Assembly (NCBI GenBank): GCA_964568735.1
Contig: CAZMRF010000007.1
Span: 15,517-79,516 of the forward strand
Direction: 5' to 3'
DNA length: 64,000 nucleotides
Source of the DNA: an uncultured Acidobacteriota bacterium
GTDB lineage: Bacteria; Acidobacteriota; Polarisedimenticolia; JACPZX01
A model generated the notes under the pieces. The model was not told where the DNA came from and did not search any database. It worked only from the letters and a program-made list of their open reading frames with translations. Below, in pieces: positions 35,725 through 44,735 of the stretch. Every line of letters starts with the position of its first letter. The stretch's first letter is position 1. Position numbers and translations under genes: made by a program.

Positions 35725-36677
35725 GTTTCGTTCACGACGATTCCGAGTTCGGGGAACTCCTCCGGATCGTCGCGAGCGACTCAGGGTTGAGCAACGCCCT
35801 CGTCGAGAAGGACTACTGGGTGACCCACTCCCTGTGGGCCATTCAAGAGACGAAGCTTGAGGTCTGGCTCAAGGGGGGAACTTCGCTCTCGAAGGGGTTC
35901 GCGCTCATACAGCGATTCTCCGAGGATCTTGATCTGCGAATCGAGCCCGGAGCGCAACCGGGAGTCCCGGCGGTCAAGAGTTGGAAGAGCGCGAACAAGG
36001 GTCCGGTCTCTACGCGCCGCGCCTTCTACGAAGCCATCGAGCGAGTCATCGCTATCCCGGGTGCACCGCTCGAGCTCGATCCGGACAGCATCGACAAGCA
36101 TGCACGCGGTGCGAGCTACCGGGTCCGCTATCCCGGCAAGTTCACCGATGAGCTTCACCCGGACATGCGTCCGTTCGTGCTACTCGAGATCGGCACGGCG
36201 CGCGTCACCCCGTTCGTTGAACTCACGATCAGCTCACTGGTCCACGACTGGCTCAAAGGCCACGATCGAGACGCTGACTACGAGGACAACAGGCCGAAAA
36301 CCACGAGGTGCACCCACCCTCTCGTGACGCTTGTGGAGAAGGCCGACGCCATTGTCCGCCGTCATGCTCACGGAAGGGAGCCGGCGTCCTACATTCGGCA
36401 CTATGAGGACATGGCCCGCATCATACAGAAGAGAAAGCACCTGCCCGCGCTCGAAATCAATACGGCAGATCTCGTGCAGGACATGGTTGCACAAGGGCAA
36501 GTCCACGCCATCCCCTCGCCCGATGACCCTGCATTCACCCTTGCCGACGCAGACAGGCGGGCTGAGCTCTTGAAGGCGAACGATGCGATCACCCCGATGT
36601 TCTGGGGCGAGCGTCTATCGTTCGGCGCTGCATGCAGGATCGTCCGCGAATGGCTTGATACGCTGCCGCGGCAATAG
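35721..36677 (+). CDS. abiEii: AbiEii/AbiGii-family nucleotidyltransferase toxin (DUF1814)
   Basis: 318 aa. ..EKDYWVTHSLWAI..WLKGGTSLSKGFALIQRFSEDLDLRI.. is the canonical NTase G-S-x(n)-D-x-D core of the family. Confidence 0.85.
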   Translation: MSFVHDDSEFGELLRIVASDSGLSNALVEKDYWVTHSLWAIQETKLEVWLKGGTSLSKGFALIQRFSEDLDLRIEPGAQPGVPAVKSWKSANKGPVSTRRAFYEAIERVIAIPGAPLELDPDSIDKHARGASYRVRYPGKFTDELHPDMRPFVLLEIGTARVTPFVELTISSLVHDWLKGHDRDADYEDNRPKTTRCTHPLVTLVEKADAIVRRHAHGREPASYIRHYEDMARIIQKRKHLPALEINTADLVQDMVAQGQVHAIPSPDDPAFTLADADRRAELLKANDAITPMFWGERLSFGAACRIVREWLDTLPRQ

Positions 36678-36691
36678 TCGGGTGGAGCACC

Positions 36692-38026
36692 TCACTCCTC
36701 CCGGGGCATGTTGGCGAAGATGACGCGGCGGGCGAGGAGCTCGCGGTAGAAGACGAGGGCCTTCAGGGCGAAGGAGGTCGTCTCGGCGCGGGAGCCGTCG
36801 TAGTAGCGGGCGGTTCCGGGTGAGGCGAGGGCGCGCTCGACGTCGTAGGCGACGCCGCCCCTCAGTCTGGGGATCGCGAAGCCCTTCCCTTCCACGAAGG
36901 CCTTGAGCGCGTCGTGGTTGACCTCGTACTCGTAGAGCGGCCCCGGATCCCAGGATCCGTCCACGATCCGGCGCTGGGCCAGCTCCCTCACGAGCGGATC
37001 CAGCTCGCGGCAGGGCTGGGCGTCGAGGAGGCACAGGTGGCTGCGGGCCTTCACGAGCGCGGCCAGCTCCAGATTGTGGAGCTTCGATTCCGCGCCCGGA
37101 GCCGGTGCCGCGAGATCCCCGAGCAGCTCTGCGAGCACCTCCTTCGCATCCACGGCGCCGTGCTCGACGGCGTTCGAGGCGAGGCAGGCGAGAATGGGCA
37201 GCGAATGATAGAAGGGGCTCTTCTCCCAGTAGCGCTCCCGCTTCATCACCTCGCGCAGACTCTCCATGAGCCCGGAGCGCTCCAGCTCGTACTTGCCGAA
37301 GAATCCGAGGACGTTCAGGTTCACGCCGAGCGAGGGAGGGTTCGGATCGGGCACGAAGCCCTTCTCGCCGTGGAAGCCGTCGAAGTAGGTCCGGTAGAGT
37401 CCGCCGGGGGCCCGGTGCTCGTCGAAGAGCGCGCGCAGCTCCGCCGCCGCCTCGCGCGAGAGCGGCTGCCTCCCCCCCAGGACCATGAGCGCCACCGCCG
37501 TGTCGTCGGAGTCAGGCTCGAAGAGCCGATCTCTCCCGAAGCGGCCGGGCTCGTAGAGGGACCACGTGTTCCTCGGACCCATCCGTCCCTTCAGGTACTG
37601 CGCGCCGCGGGCAAACGTCTGCGACGCCTCGAAGCCCGTGTGTGAGAGGTTCATGAGGACCATCGCCGTCCCGAAGAGGCGCGCGTGCGGCTCCGGCTCC
37701 GCGAAGTCGGGGCTGCGGCTGTGGAAGTAGTCCCACGAACCGTCCTCCGCCTGCGTCGAGGCGAGGAAGGCTCCCGCCTCTTCGATATAGGCGTCCAGGG
37801 GGCTCCCTCCGCCGCCTGCCGCTGCGGGAGGCTTCGCGGCGCCGCCCTGAGGCGGCTGCGCCTGGCCGCCACCCTGGGGGGGCACGCCAGCGGGAGGGCC
37901 GGGGACGCGAAGCCCCGAGCCGCCTGTCTCGCCCGCCGGGGCCTCCTCTCCCTGACCGGCGCACGAGGCGAGGCAGATGGCGACGAGGGAGATGATCAGT
38001 ACGCGGGAGTCAGTGAAGGGGCGCAC
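36692..38026 (-). CDS. Lipoprotein with prenyltransferase/terpene-cyclase-like alpha-alpha toroid repeats
   Basis: ..AFLASTQAEDGSWDYF.. and ..QRRIVDGSWDPGPLY.. are PFTB/SQHop-cyclase-type repeat signatures. Lipobox ICLASCAG. I place the start at GTG (complement of 38024-38026; VRPFTDSRVLIISLVA..). The track start at 38182 would overlap the divergent gene. Confidence 0.6.
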   Translation of the reverse strand: MRPFTDSRVLIISLVAICLASCAGQGEEAPAGETGGSGLRVPGPPAGVPPQGGGQAQPPQGGAAKPPAAAGGGGSPLDAYIEEAGAFLASTQAEDGSWDYFHSRSPDFAEPEPHARLFGTAMVLMNLSHTGFEASQTFARGAQYLKGRMGPRNTWSLYEPGRFGRDRLFEPDSDDTAVALMVLGGRQPLSREAAAELRALFDEHRAPGGLYRTYFDGFHGEKGFVPDPNPPSLGVNLNVLGFFGKYELERSGLMESLREVMKRERYWEKSPFYHSLPILACLASNAVEHGAVDAKEVLAELLGDLAAPAPGAESKLHNLELAALVKARSHLCLLDAQPCRELDPLVRELAQRRIVDGSWDPGPLYEYEVNHDALKAFVEGKGFAIPRLRGGVAYDVERALASPGTARYYDGSRAETTSFALKALVFYRELLARRVIFANMPREE

Positions 38027-38082
38027 GGCGCGGGCGATGCTAGCATAGCTCCTCACGTGCCGATCTCCGCGGACCCTCCGGC

Positions 38083-39738
38083 ATGACCCCACGCTTCCTC
38101 CGACATCTGCGGCGCGCGGCCGCGAGCACCTTGCTTCTCGCCGCGGCCGCGTCCGCTCCCGGATGCAGGAGCGCCGATCCACCCCGAAGTCCCGAGGCCT
38201 CCCTCTCCGCCGCGACCTTCCCGGACCTCCCGCCGCGGCGCACCGGGCGGACCCCCGTCGTGGTGGTCGGGATCGACGGCGGCGAGTGGAAGGTGATCCA
38301 CCAGCTCTGGGAGAAGGGGAAGCTGCCGGCCATGAAGCGCCTTCACGACGAAGGGGCGTGGGCCGATCTCGGTACTGCCTTCGGTATCTCGCCCGTGATC
38401 TGGACCACCATCGCCACGGGGCGCACGCCGGACGACCACGGCATCACCGGCTTCGTCGTCCCGACCCCGGAAGGGACCATCCCGGTCTCCTCGTCGGTAC
38501 GCCGAGTCCCGGCCCTCTGGAACATGGCCACGAGAGCCGGGCTGCGCACCGCCGTCTTCGGATGGTGGGCCACCTGGCCCGTGGAGCGGGTCACCGGGGT
38601 CATGGTCACCGACCGTGCCCACCTTTCCGAGGATCGCATCGTCCACCCCGAGGGGTACCTCGCGGCCTTCCGCGAGGGGCGGGAGTCCGCGAGGCGGCGC
38701 TACCCGGGGATGGACGGCGGCGTCTCGGTCCAGGACACCTGGATGGAGGACGGCGCGCTTCGGGACAGGATCATGGCTCACGAGGCGATCCGGCTCGCGG
38801 GGATTGGCTTCGACCTCCTGCTCGTCTATTTCAGGGGCGTGGACATCGCGAGCCACCGGTACTGGAAGTACTTCGAGCCCGAAGGCTACGAGGTCACCCC
38901 CGAGGCGCTGAAGCGCTATGCGGGGGTCATCCCCTCCGTCTACGAGGCGACCGATGAGGCCCTGGGCGATCTCATCGCGGCGCTGCCCGAGCCGAGCAAC
39001 GTCTTCGTCCTCTCCGACCATGGCTTCGTGCGCGGTCCCGAGGAGCACTTCGTCAACCTGAGCGCGGATCGCCTCCTGGAGGTCCTGGGCTTCATGGTGC
39101 GGAACGGGGAGACGGTGGATTTCACGCGATCCATGGCCTATCCAGTCGACAGCCCGGACCACGCGAGGACCAAGATGTTCCGCCTCTCGCTCGCGGGGCG
39201 CGAGCCGGGGGGAAGCGTCGCCCCGGCCGAGGCTGCCGCGGCGCGCCTCCGGCTGGCCCGGGCCCTCGAGAGCCTCACCTACGAGAATGGCGGCCCCGTA
39301 TTCAATCTCAATGTGTCGGTGCCTCCGCCGGGGATCGATCTCGTCGCGGAGGTGAGCGTGAAGGATCCCACGATGAAGATCATCGCCGGCCAGGAGACTC
39401 ACGAGGGCGTCGTCGTCTACATCAATCGCATCTCGGGGACGCACGACGCGACCACCAACGGGATCCTCCTCGCACGCGGGCCGGATCTGATCCCGGGCGC
39501 ATCCCTCGAGGGCATCACGGTCCTCGACATCGCCCCCACCTTGCTCTACGCGCTCGGCCTCCCCGTGGCCGACAACTTCCCGGGGCGCGCGCGGACCGAC
39601 CTCTTCACCCCCGAGTTCCGCCGGCGCCACCCTCTCCGCACCGTGCCCACCTGGGGGACCATGGAGAGCTGGAAGGTGGAATCCTCCCCGGAAGACTCGC
39701 GCCTCCTCGAGGAGCTGCGAGCCCTGGGCTACCTCTAA
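38083..39738 (+). CDS. Alkaline-phosphatase-superfamily lipoprotein (type I phosphodiesterase/nucleotide pyrophosphatase-like)
   Basis: Lipobox AAASAPGC. ..VVVVGIDGGEWKV.., ..ISPVIWTTIATG.., ..VDIASHRYW.., ..VFVLSDHGF.. is the metal/nucleophile motif order typical of the Phosphodiest/AlkP family. Confidence 0.75.
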   Translation: MTPRFLRHLRRAAASTLLLAAAASAPGCRSADPPRSPEASLSAATFPDLPPRRTGRTPVVVVGIDGGEWKVIHQLWEKGKLPAMKRLHDEGAWADLGTAFGISPVIWTTIATGRTPDDHGITGFVVPTPEGTIPVSSSVRRVPALWNMATRAGLRTAVFGWWATWPVERVTGVMVTDRAHLSEDRIVHPEGYLAAFREGRESARRRYPGMDGGVSVQDTWMEDGALRDRIMAHEAIRLAGIGFDLLLVYFRGVDIASHRYWKYFEPEGYEVTPEALKRYAGVIPSVYEATDEALGDLIAALPEPSNVFVLSDHGFVRGPEEHFVNLSADRLLEVLGFMVRNGETVDFTRSMAYPVDSPDHARTKMFRLSLAGREPGGSVAPAEAAAARLRLARALESLTYENGGPVFNLNVSVPPPGIDLVAEVSVKDPTMKIIAGQETHEGVVVYINRISGTHDATTNGILLARGPDLIPGASLEGITVLDIAPTLLYALGLPVADNFPGRARTDLFTPEFRRRHPLRTVPTWGTMESWKVESSPEDSRLLEELRALGYL

Positions 39739-39803
39739 GTGAAACGCCGAGATTCTGAGCCGATACCGCGACCAGCGCCTCCCTCATCGCTCCACTCCAG
39801 CCG

Positions 39804-41450
39804 ATGCGCGGTGAGGAAGTGACCAGCGCAGACCGGGATGACGAGCGGCCGAGCCCGTGGCGGTCGTTGACCGCCCGCGGTTTCGACCTGTACGTCGAGC
39901 TGCTCTTCCTCCTCGGGTTCGTGACCCGCATCCGGCCCATCTTCTTCCCCGACCCCGAGATGTTCCGCAGCTTCCCCACGGAAGACGGCTACCTGATGCT
40001 GACGGTGGCGCGCAACATGGCGCTGGGGTTGGGGATGACGAGCGCCGCGGGCACGATGCCCACGAACGGAGTCCAGCCGCTGGCGGCCTTCGTGCAGGCG
40101 CTCTGCTTCCGGATTGTCGACGGAGATCGTGCGACCGGGCTGCGGATCCTCCTCGTCGTCTACACGCTCATCGCCGCCCTCACCGCCTTCTTCGTCTACA
40201 GGCTCGGCCTGCGCATGATGGGCTCCTCCCCCGAGGGTCGCCATGCCGCGCTCCTTGGTGCCGCCGTCTGGTTCATCAGCCCCGCGATCCTCTTCCACAC
40301 GATGAACATGCTGGAGACAGGGCTCTACGCTGCGTTCGTCGCGGGCGCTGCGCTCTTCTTCACGGCGGGCCACCAGGGCGGCTCTGTTTCCTGGCCATGG
40401 CGGCGTTGCCTCGCCATGGGCGCCCTCCTGGGACTCGCTTTCTGGGCGCGCAACGACGCCGTCTTCCTGATGCTTGCCGTGGGCGTGGCGCACCTCGCCA
40501 CCAGGGCTGCGGGGGTGTCGCTTGCGCGGCGCATCGCCGAGACTTCCGCCATGGCGGCTGCCGCGGCAGCCCTCGGCTTGCCCTGGGTCATCCACGGCTA
40601 CCGGGCCTTCGGCAGCATCGTCCCCGTCAGCGGCCAGGCCTACCTCGGGAGCCGGGATGCCCTCGAGGCGCTCCGTGCCGCGGCCGTCGCGCTCTTCGAG
40701 CACGTCACGCTCCTGGTTTCCTTCGAGCACGACCCGCTCCAGCACAACGCCATCTTCGTCATCATCTGCGGAGCGGTGGTGGCGCTGGCAGGCGCCGGCG
40801 GGATCGCGGCGCTCTCGAGGGCTCGAATCACGCCCGCAGAACGGGCGCCTCTACTGGCTCCCGCCCTTTTCGGCGCAGGGCTCCTGGTCTTCTACGTCTT
40901 CTTCTTCAACGGCTCCCACTTCCTGCGCCGCTACCTCTCCGCGCTCTCCCCCTGGCTGGCGCTCCTCTGGGGGTATGCCGTCTGGGCGCTCTGGCGGAGA
41001 ATCCGATCCACGCGATTCGCCCTCGCGGGCCCCCTTTTCCTTCTTCTCCTCCTCGCGAACTTCGTCGCTCGTGACGGCCTCTTCGTCCAGGGACCGTGGC
41101 ACCGAGGCGTCTTCTTCCGAAGCGTCGAGTGGATCGAGAAGAACGTCCCCGAGCAGGCATGGGTCGGCGCCTTCCAGTCGGGAACGATGGGCTTCTTCCA
41201 CGACCGCACCATCAACATGGACGGCAAGCTGAACCCTGCGGCGCTCGCCGCCATCCGGGCGGACACCCATCATCAATGGGTGGTGGACTCGCCCATCCAG
41301 TTCGTGGCGGACTGGGCCTCCATCGTCGTCCCCTGGGCCGAGTCGGATCCCATCATCCACCGCAACTTCGGATGGTCGATCCGGGACGAGGAGCGCAACT
41401 TCGCCGTCCTGCGCAGGAGAGCCGCGCACCCGGAGCCCGCTCTGCCATGA
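39804..41450 (+). CDS. GT-C-fold-like polytopic glycosyltransferase (ArnT/PMT-like, family unassigned)
   Basis: 548 aa, more than 10 helices. First-loop acidic motif ..FPTEDGYLMLTVARNMALG... C-terminal soluble domain. Its stop overlaps the lgt start (ATGA at 41447-41450). Confidence 0.6.
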   Translation: MRGEEVTSADRDDERPSPWRSLTARGFDLYVELLFLLGFVTRIRPIFFPDPEMFRSFPTEDGYLMLTVARNMALGLGMTSAAGTMPTNGVQPLAAFVQALCFRIVDGDRATGLRILLVVYTLIAALTAFFVYRLGLRMMGSSPEGRHAALLGAAVWFISPAILFHTMNMLETGLYAAFVAGAALFFTAGHQGGSVSWPWRRCLAMGALLGLAFWARNDAVFLMLAVGVAHLATRAAGVSLARRIAETSAMAAAAAALGLPWVIHGYRAFGSIVPVSGQAYLGSRDALEALRAAAVALFEHVTLLVSFEHDPLQHNAIFVIICGAVVALAGAGGIAALSRARITPAERAPLLAPALFGAGLLVFYVFFFNGSHFLRRYLSALSPWLALLWGYAVWALWRRIRSTRFALAGPLFLLLLLANFVARDGLFVQGPWHRGVFFRSVEWIEKNVPEQAWVGAFQSGTMGFFHDRTINMDGKLNPAALAAIRADTHHQWVVDSPIQFVADWASIVVPWAESDPIIHRNFGWSIRDEERNFAVLRRRAAHPEPALP

Positions 41451-42235
41451 GGCCCATCCTCTTCTCGTGGGGACCCGTCGAGGTCAGCTCGTGGGCGGTC
41501 TTCCTCTCGCTGGGAGCCTGCGTGGGCTTCTGGCTCACTGCGCGGGAGGCCGCGCGGAAGGGCGCCGACGTCGTGGCCACTCTCCGTACCTCGCTCATCG
41601 CCTTCGTGGCCGGCCTCGCCGGTGCGCGAGTCCTGGCCATCCTCCTCAACCTGGACCTCTACGCCCGGGGATTCCCCCTGCACCTGCTCGCTCTGTGGGA
41701 TCCGGGTGGCATGTCGCTCTTCGGCGGGCTCGCCCTCTCGGCCACGCTGGGGCTCGGCTGGATTCTCTTGAAGCACCTGCCCGTATGGGAGACGGCGGAC
41801 ACGCTCGTGTTGGCCTGGACGCCCTTTCTCTCACTCCTCCGGATCGGATGCTTCCTCAACGGCTGCTGCTACGGCCGGCCCACGACGAGCCCTCTCGGGA
41901 TCGTGGCGGGCGGGTCGCGCAACAACATGAACTTCGGCGTGCCCTCCCATCCCGCGCAGCTCTACGACGTCGCCGCGACGCTGGGGATCTTCGCACTGCT
42001 CTGGTGGATGAAGACGAGGAGGCGATTCACGGGTCAGCTCACCGTGACCTTCCTCGCGCTCTACGGCGGTGCGCGCTTCATGCTGGATTTCGTGCGGGGG
42101 GACATCCGGATGGTCGTCCGGGTCGGAGAGGAGCTGACGGTCACGCCAACCCAGATCTTCAGCCTGGCCCTGATCCTCTTCGCGACGGCCGCGGCTTGCT
42201 GGCTAGGGTGGCGGAGGCGCCTGGACCCGACCTGA
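41447..42235 (+). CDS. lgt: Prolipoprotein diacylglyceryl transferase
   Basis: Real start MRPILFSWGPVEVSSWAVFLSLG at ATG 41447; the track start at 41096 is inside the upstream gene. ..GGMSLFGGL.., ..IGCFLNGCCYGRPT.., ..SHPAQLYD.., ..YGGARFMLDFVRGD.. are Lgt hallmarks. Confidence 0.88.
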   Translation: MRPILFSWGPVEVSSWAVFLSLGACVGFWLTAREAARKGADVVATLRTSLIAFVAGLAGARVLAILLNLDLYARGFPLHLLALWDPGGMSLFGGLALSATLGLGWILLKHLPVWETADTLVLAWTPFLSLLRIGCFLNGCCYGRPTTSPLGIVAGGSRNNMNFGVPSHPAQLYDVAATLGIFALLWWMKTRRRFTGQLTVTFLALYGGARFMLDFVRGDIRMVVRVGEELTVTPTQIFSLALILFATAAACWLGWRRRLDPT

Positions 42236-42268
42236 GGTCCTGGTCCAGGCGCGAATGCCGGACTGGGC

Positions 42269-43261
42269 TCAGTCCTTCTTTTTGCGGAAGCTCCGGGCCA
42301 GACCCAGGGCGAAAACTACCGGGATCAGGCCGAGCGCCAGGTTCGCGTAGCGGCTCTCGGAGGTCTGACCGAGGCCGGCATCGGTCTGGGTGGTCTGGTT
42401 CGCCTTGCACTCGGTCACCTCGGGGATGGGCAGGCAGCCGAAGTCCTTGACGATCTCGATCGAGAGGGCGTTGACGAGAAGCCCCTCGCCCTTCCGGTTC
42501 ACGAAGGCGCCGTCGAGAGTGCCGTCGATGAGCGGCTGGACGAGGGCGGCGATCAGCGGATCGATGCCGTCGCAGGGATCGAAGGCCGGCGGATCGGGGA
42601 TGGGAGACGGGAAGTCCAGGGCCACCCGGCACGAGCCGAAGCCCGTCAGATCGATGTCGAAGCCGTTGATCCTCGCGTCGGAGAACTCCAGCGGGCTGAC
42701 CGCCATGCAGTTGCCCAGTACGCAGGTGTCGGCGATCTGCGTCACCGTGATGCTGTCCCAGGTCGCCGAGCCGTGAAGGAGACCCAGGACGGGGCCCACG
42801 ATGCCCGCCTCGATGGAGCAGCCGTTGAAGATCTCGCCCACGTAGGGAAGAGAGATCCTGCAGGACGAGGAGCAGTTGACGCTGCGGTACCTGCTGCCGT
42901 CCACGTCGATGCCGAAGGGCCCCATCACGTCGAGATTCACCTGGATGGAACCAGGCGATGGCGTGATGGTGAAGGGCGCGCCTGCCACCGGGAAGGAGAA
43001 CAGATCGATATCGACATCGATCTGGTGGTCCACGCAGAAGCCGCTGAGGGTGATGGCGCCGCCCGGCGGGTTGGAGTTGATGCGTCCGAGTGCCGCAAGA
43101 AGGCTGTTGATCTTGTTCGGATCGACGGTCGCTTGGAAGTCCACCGCGTTGGGGTCGGTGTCGCAGACGCTCGTGGCCAGCGCCGCTCCCCAGCCGGCTG
43201 GCAGAAGGAGCATCCCGACGAGGAGGAAGGCACGCGCCGGTGAGAGCCTGAGGAGCTTCAA
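42269..43261 (-). CDS. Secreted Cys-rich protein with C-terminal TM anchor and basic tail, unknown function
   Basis: 330 aa. Signal MKLLRLSPARAFLLVGMLLLPAGWGAALA. About 14 Cys. C-terminus ..SESRYANLALGLIPVVFALGLARSFRKKKD. TTG start overlaps the upstream stop (TTGA at 43258-43261). Confidence 0.6.
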   Translation of the reverse strand: MKLLRLSPARAFLLVGMLLLPAGWGAALATSVCDTDPNAVDFQATVDPNKINSLLAALGRINSNPPGGAITLSGFCVDHQIDVDIDLFSFPVAGAPFTITPSPGSIQVNLDVMGPFGIDVDGSRYRSVNCSSSCRISLPYVGEIFNGCSIEAGIVGPVLGLLHGSATWDSITVTQIADTCVLGNCMAVSPLEFSDARINGFDIDLTGFGSCRVALDFPSPIPDPPAFDPCDGIDPLIAALVQPLIDGTLDGAFVNRKGEGLLVNALSIEIVKDFGCLPIPEVTECKANQTTQTDAGLGQTSESRYANLALGLIPVVFALGLARSFRKKKD

Positions 43262-44520
43262 GAGCGCCCCCTTCCCCGGCTGTTGGGTTTCCCGGGATCG
43301 GCTCCCCGGATGGACTCGACTTCATCCCGGAGATCCGGGGACAACTGCTCGAGGTAGACCTGGCGCCGCGCCTCCCGCTTCTGACCCTCGTCCATCTCGT
43401 CGAATCTCCGGCCGAGGCGCTCGCGGAGCGTGGCGTCCACCGACGCGCGATCCTCGCCCACGAATCCCACGTAGGTCCCCTGGGCGGCCAGCTCGATCCT
43501 CAATGCTTCGCGCCGCTCGCCCATGCGGCCGGCTCTCCCCGCTTCGTCGAGGGTGGCGTCGTCCTCGAGAGCGAGGATGTCGATCTGGTAGCGCTCGATG
43601 GCTTCCTGCCGTCCGAACAGGGCGGTGGCCGCGTCGTCGCCGAAGGCCCGGCGCCGCGCTTCGGAGCGGAAGGCAATCCGCTCGGAGAGGCTCATGTCCC
43701 GGAAGTCCGCCGTTGCGAGCTCCTGATCGAGGAGCCTCCGTCCCTCTAGCAGCGGAACCGCCTCCGATTTCCCGGAGTCGAAGAGCCTGCCAAGAGCCTC
43801 TTCGTAGAGGGCATCGGGTCCGGCTGCCGCCACACCCTCCTGCTCGATCTGTCCGACGAGCGCCGAGACCTCCGCATATCGAAGCTCGAGATCCCTTCGC
43901 TCCAGGAAGCGCGCATCACGGGCACGCTCGAACCTGCCCGCCCTGCTCAACACTTCGCCGAGATCGCGGCTCAGCTCCTCGCCTCCCGCGACGGTTGGCG
44001 TGCCGTCCTGATCGAGGTGCACGTCGGGGAGCGCCTCCAGCAGGTCTCCCACGCGGATGTCACGCAGGGGCACATCGCGGCCGACGATTCTCCGCGCGAG
44101 GACGACCATCATCTGCTCACCCAGCTCGACCGAAATCCCGCGCCAGGTCACGCGAACCCGCGGCGCCTGCTTCAAGAGATCGACGAGGAGGATCGATTCG
44201 AGAGGCTCTCGCGTTCCGAGGAGCCCCTGGGCCAGCTCCGTGGCGGCGTCCCGATCGATCACGACGCTCGCGTCCGAAAGGTTCACGCGAACGAGGTCGT
44301 CGAGACTGATCTCGAGCACCCCGCCGCCTCGGCGCCCATCGGGGATCCTCGCCTTGCCGCGCGGAGCACCGGCTCCCGAGCGGTTGGCGCCGGCCTCGGC
44401 CTTCGTCCCGTAGGCCGCCCACCCGGCCACCAGCAAAGCGGCGAGAAGCGGCATCAGTACGAGGGCCGTGATTCGGGCGATTCGGGAGGCGGCCGGACGG
44501 CCGCGCAGGGAACTGGACAT
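43258..44520 (-). CDS. Membrane-anchored lipase-chaperone (Lif)-like protein
   Basis: 420 aa with an N-terminal TM (ITALVLMPLLAALLVAGWAAY). The C-terminal ..RRRAFGDDAATALFGRQEAIERYQIDILALEDDATLDEAGRAGRMGERREAL.. resembles the conserved Lif/LipH/LipB segment (FG.EE...RY...RL.I..D..LS...K..R) as I remember it. RBS GGAGGGG is 7 nt before the ATG. Confidence 0.45.
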   Translation of the reverse strand: MSSSLRGRPAASRIARITALVLMPLLAALLVAGWAAYGTKAEAGANRSGAGAPRGKARIPDGRRGGGVLEISLDDLVRVNLSDASVVIDRDAATELAQGLLGTREPLESILLVDLLKQAPRVRVTWRGISVELGEQMMVVLARRIVGRDVPLRDIRVGDLLEALPDVHLDQDGTPTVAGGEELSRDLGEVLSRAGRFERARDARFLERRDLELRYAEVSALVGQIEQEGVAAAGPDALYEEALGRLFDSGKSEAVPLLEGRRLLDQELATADFRDMSLSERIAFRSEARRRAFGDDAATALFGRQEAIERYQIDILALEDDATLDEAGRAGRMGERREALRIELAAQGTYVGFVGEDRASVDATLRERLGRRFDEMDEGQKREARRQVYLEQLSPDLRDEVESIRGADPGKPNSRGRGRS

Positions 44521-44735
44521 CTTTTTACCCCTCCTTCAAGGGTTCGGTCCGCCGGCCGGGACGGACCATTCACCGGCGGGCCGCGGGACACCAGAGGCAG
44601 GGGGCGCAGCGGCTAGCCGGGGTATTGTGGGGGGACGGACACTTCGACCCACCCCCCCCACAGGCCCTCTATTGTCCACCCGATGGTGCTGGAGAGCAAT
44701 GGTTTTCTTCAGGGGTGCCCCGGGGGGACCCGACC

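Noticed and set aside
38053-39630. 525-aa minus-strand ORF
   Set aside because: It is antisense to the AlkP-family lipoprotein gene and highly charged and low-complexity.
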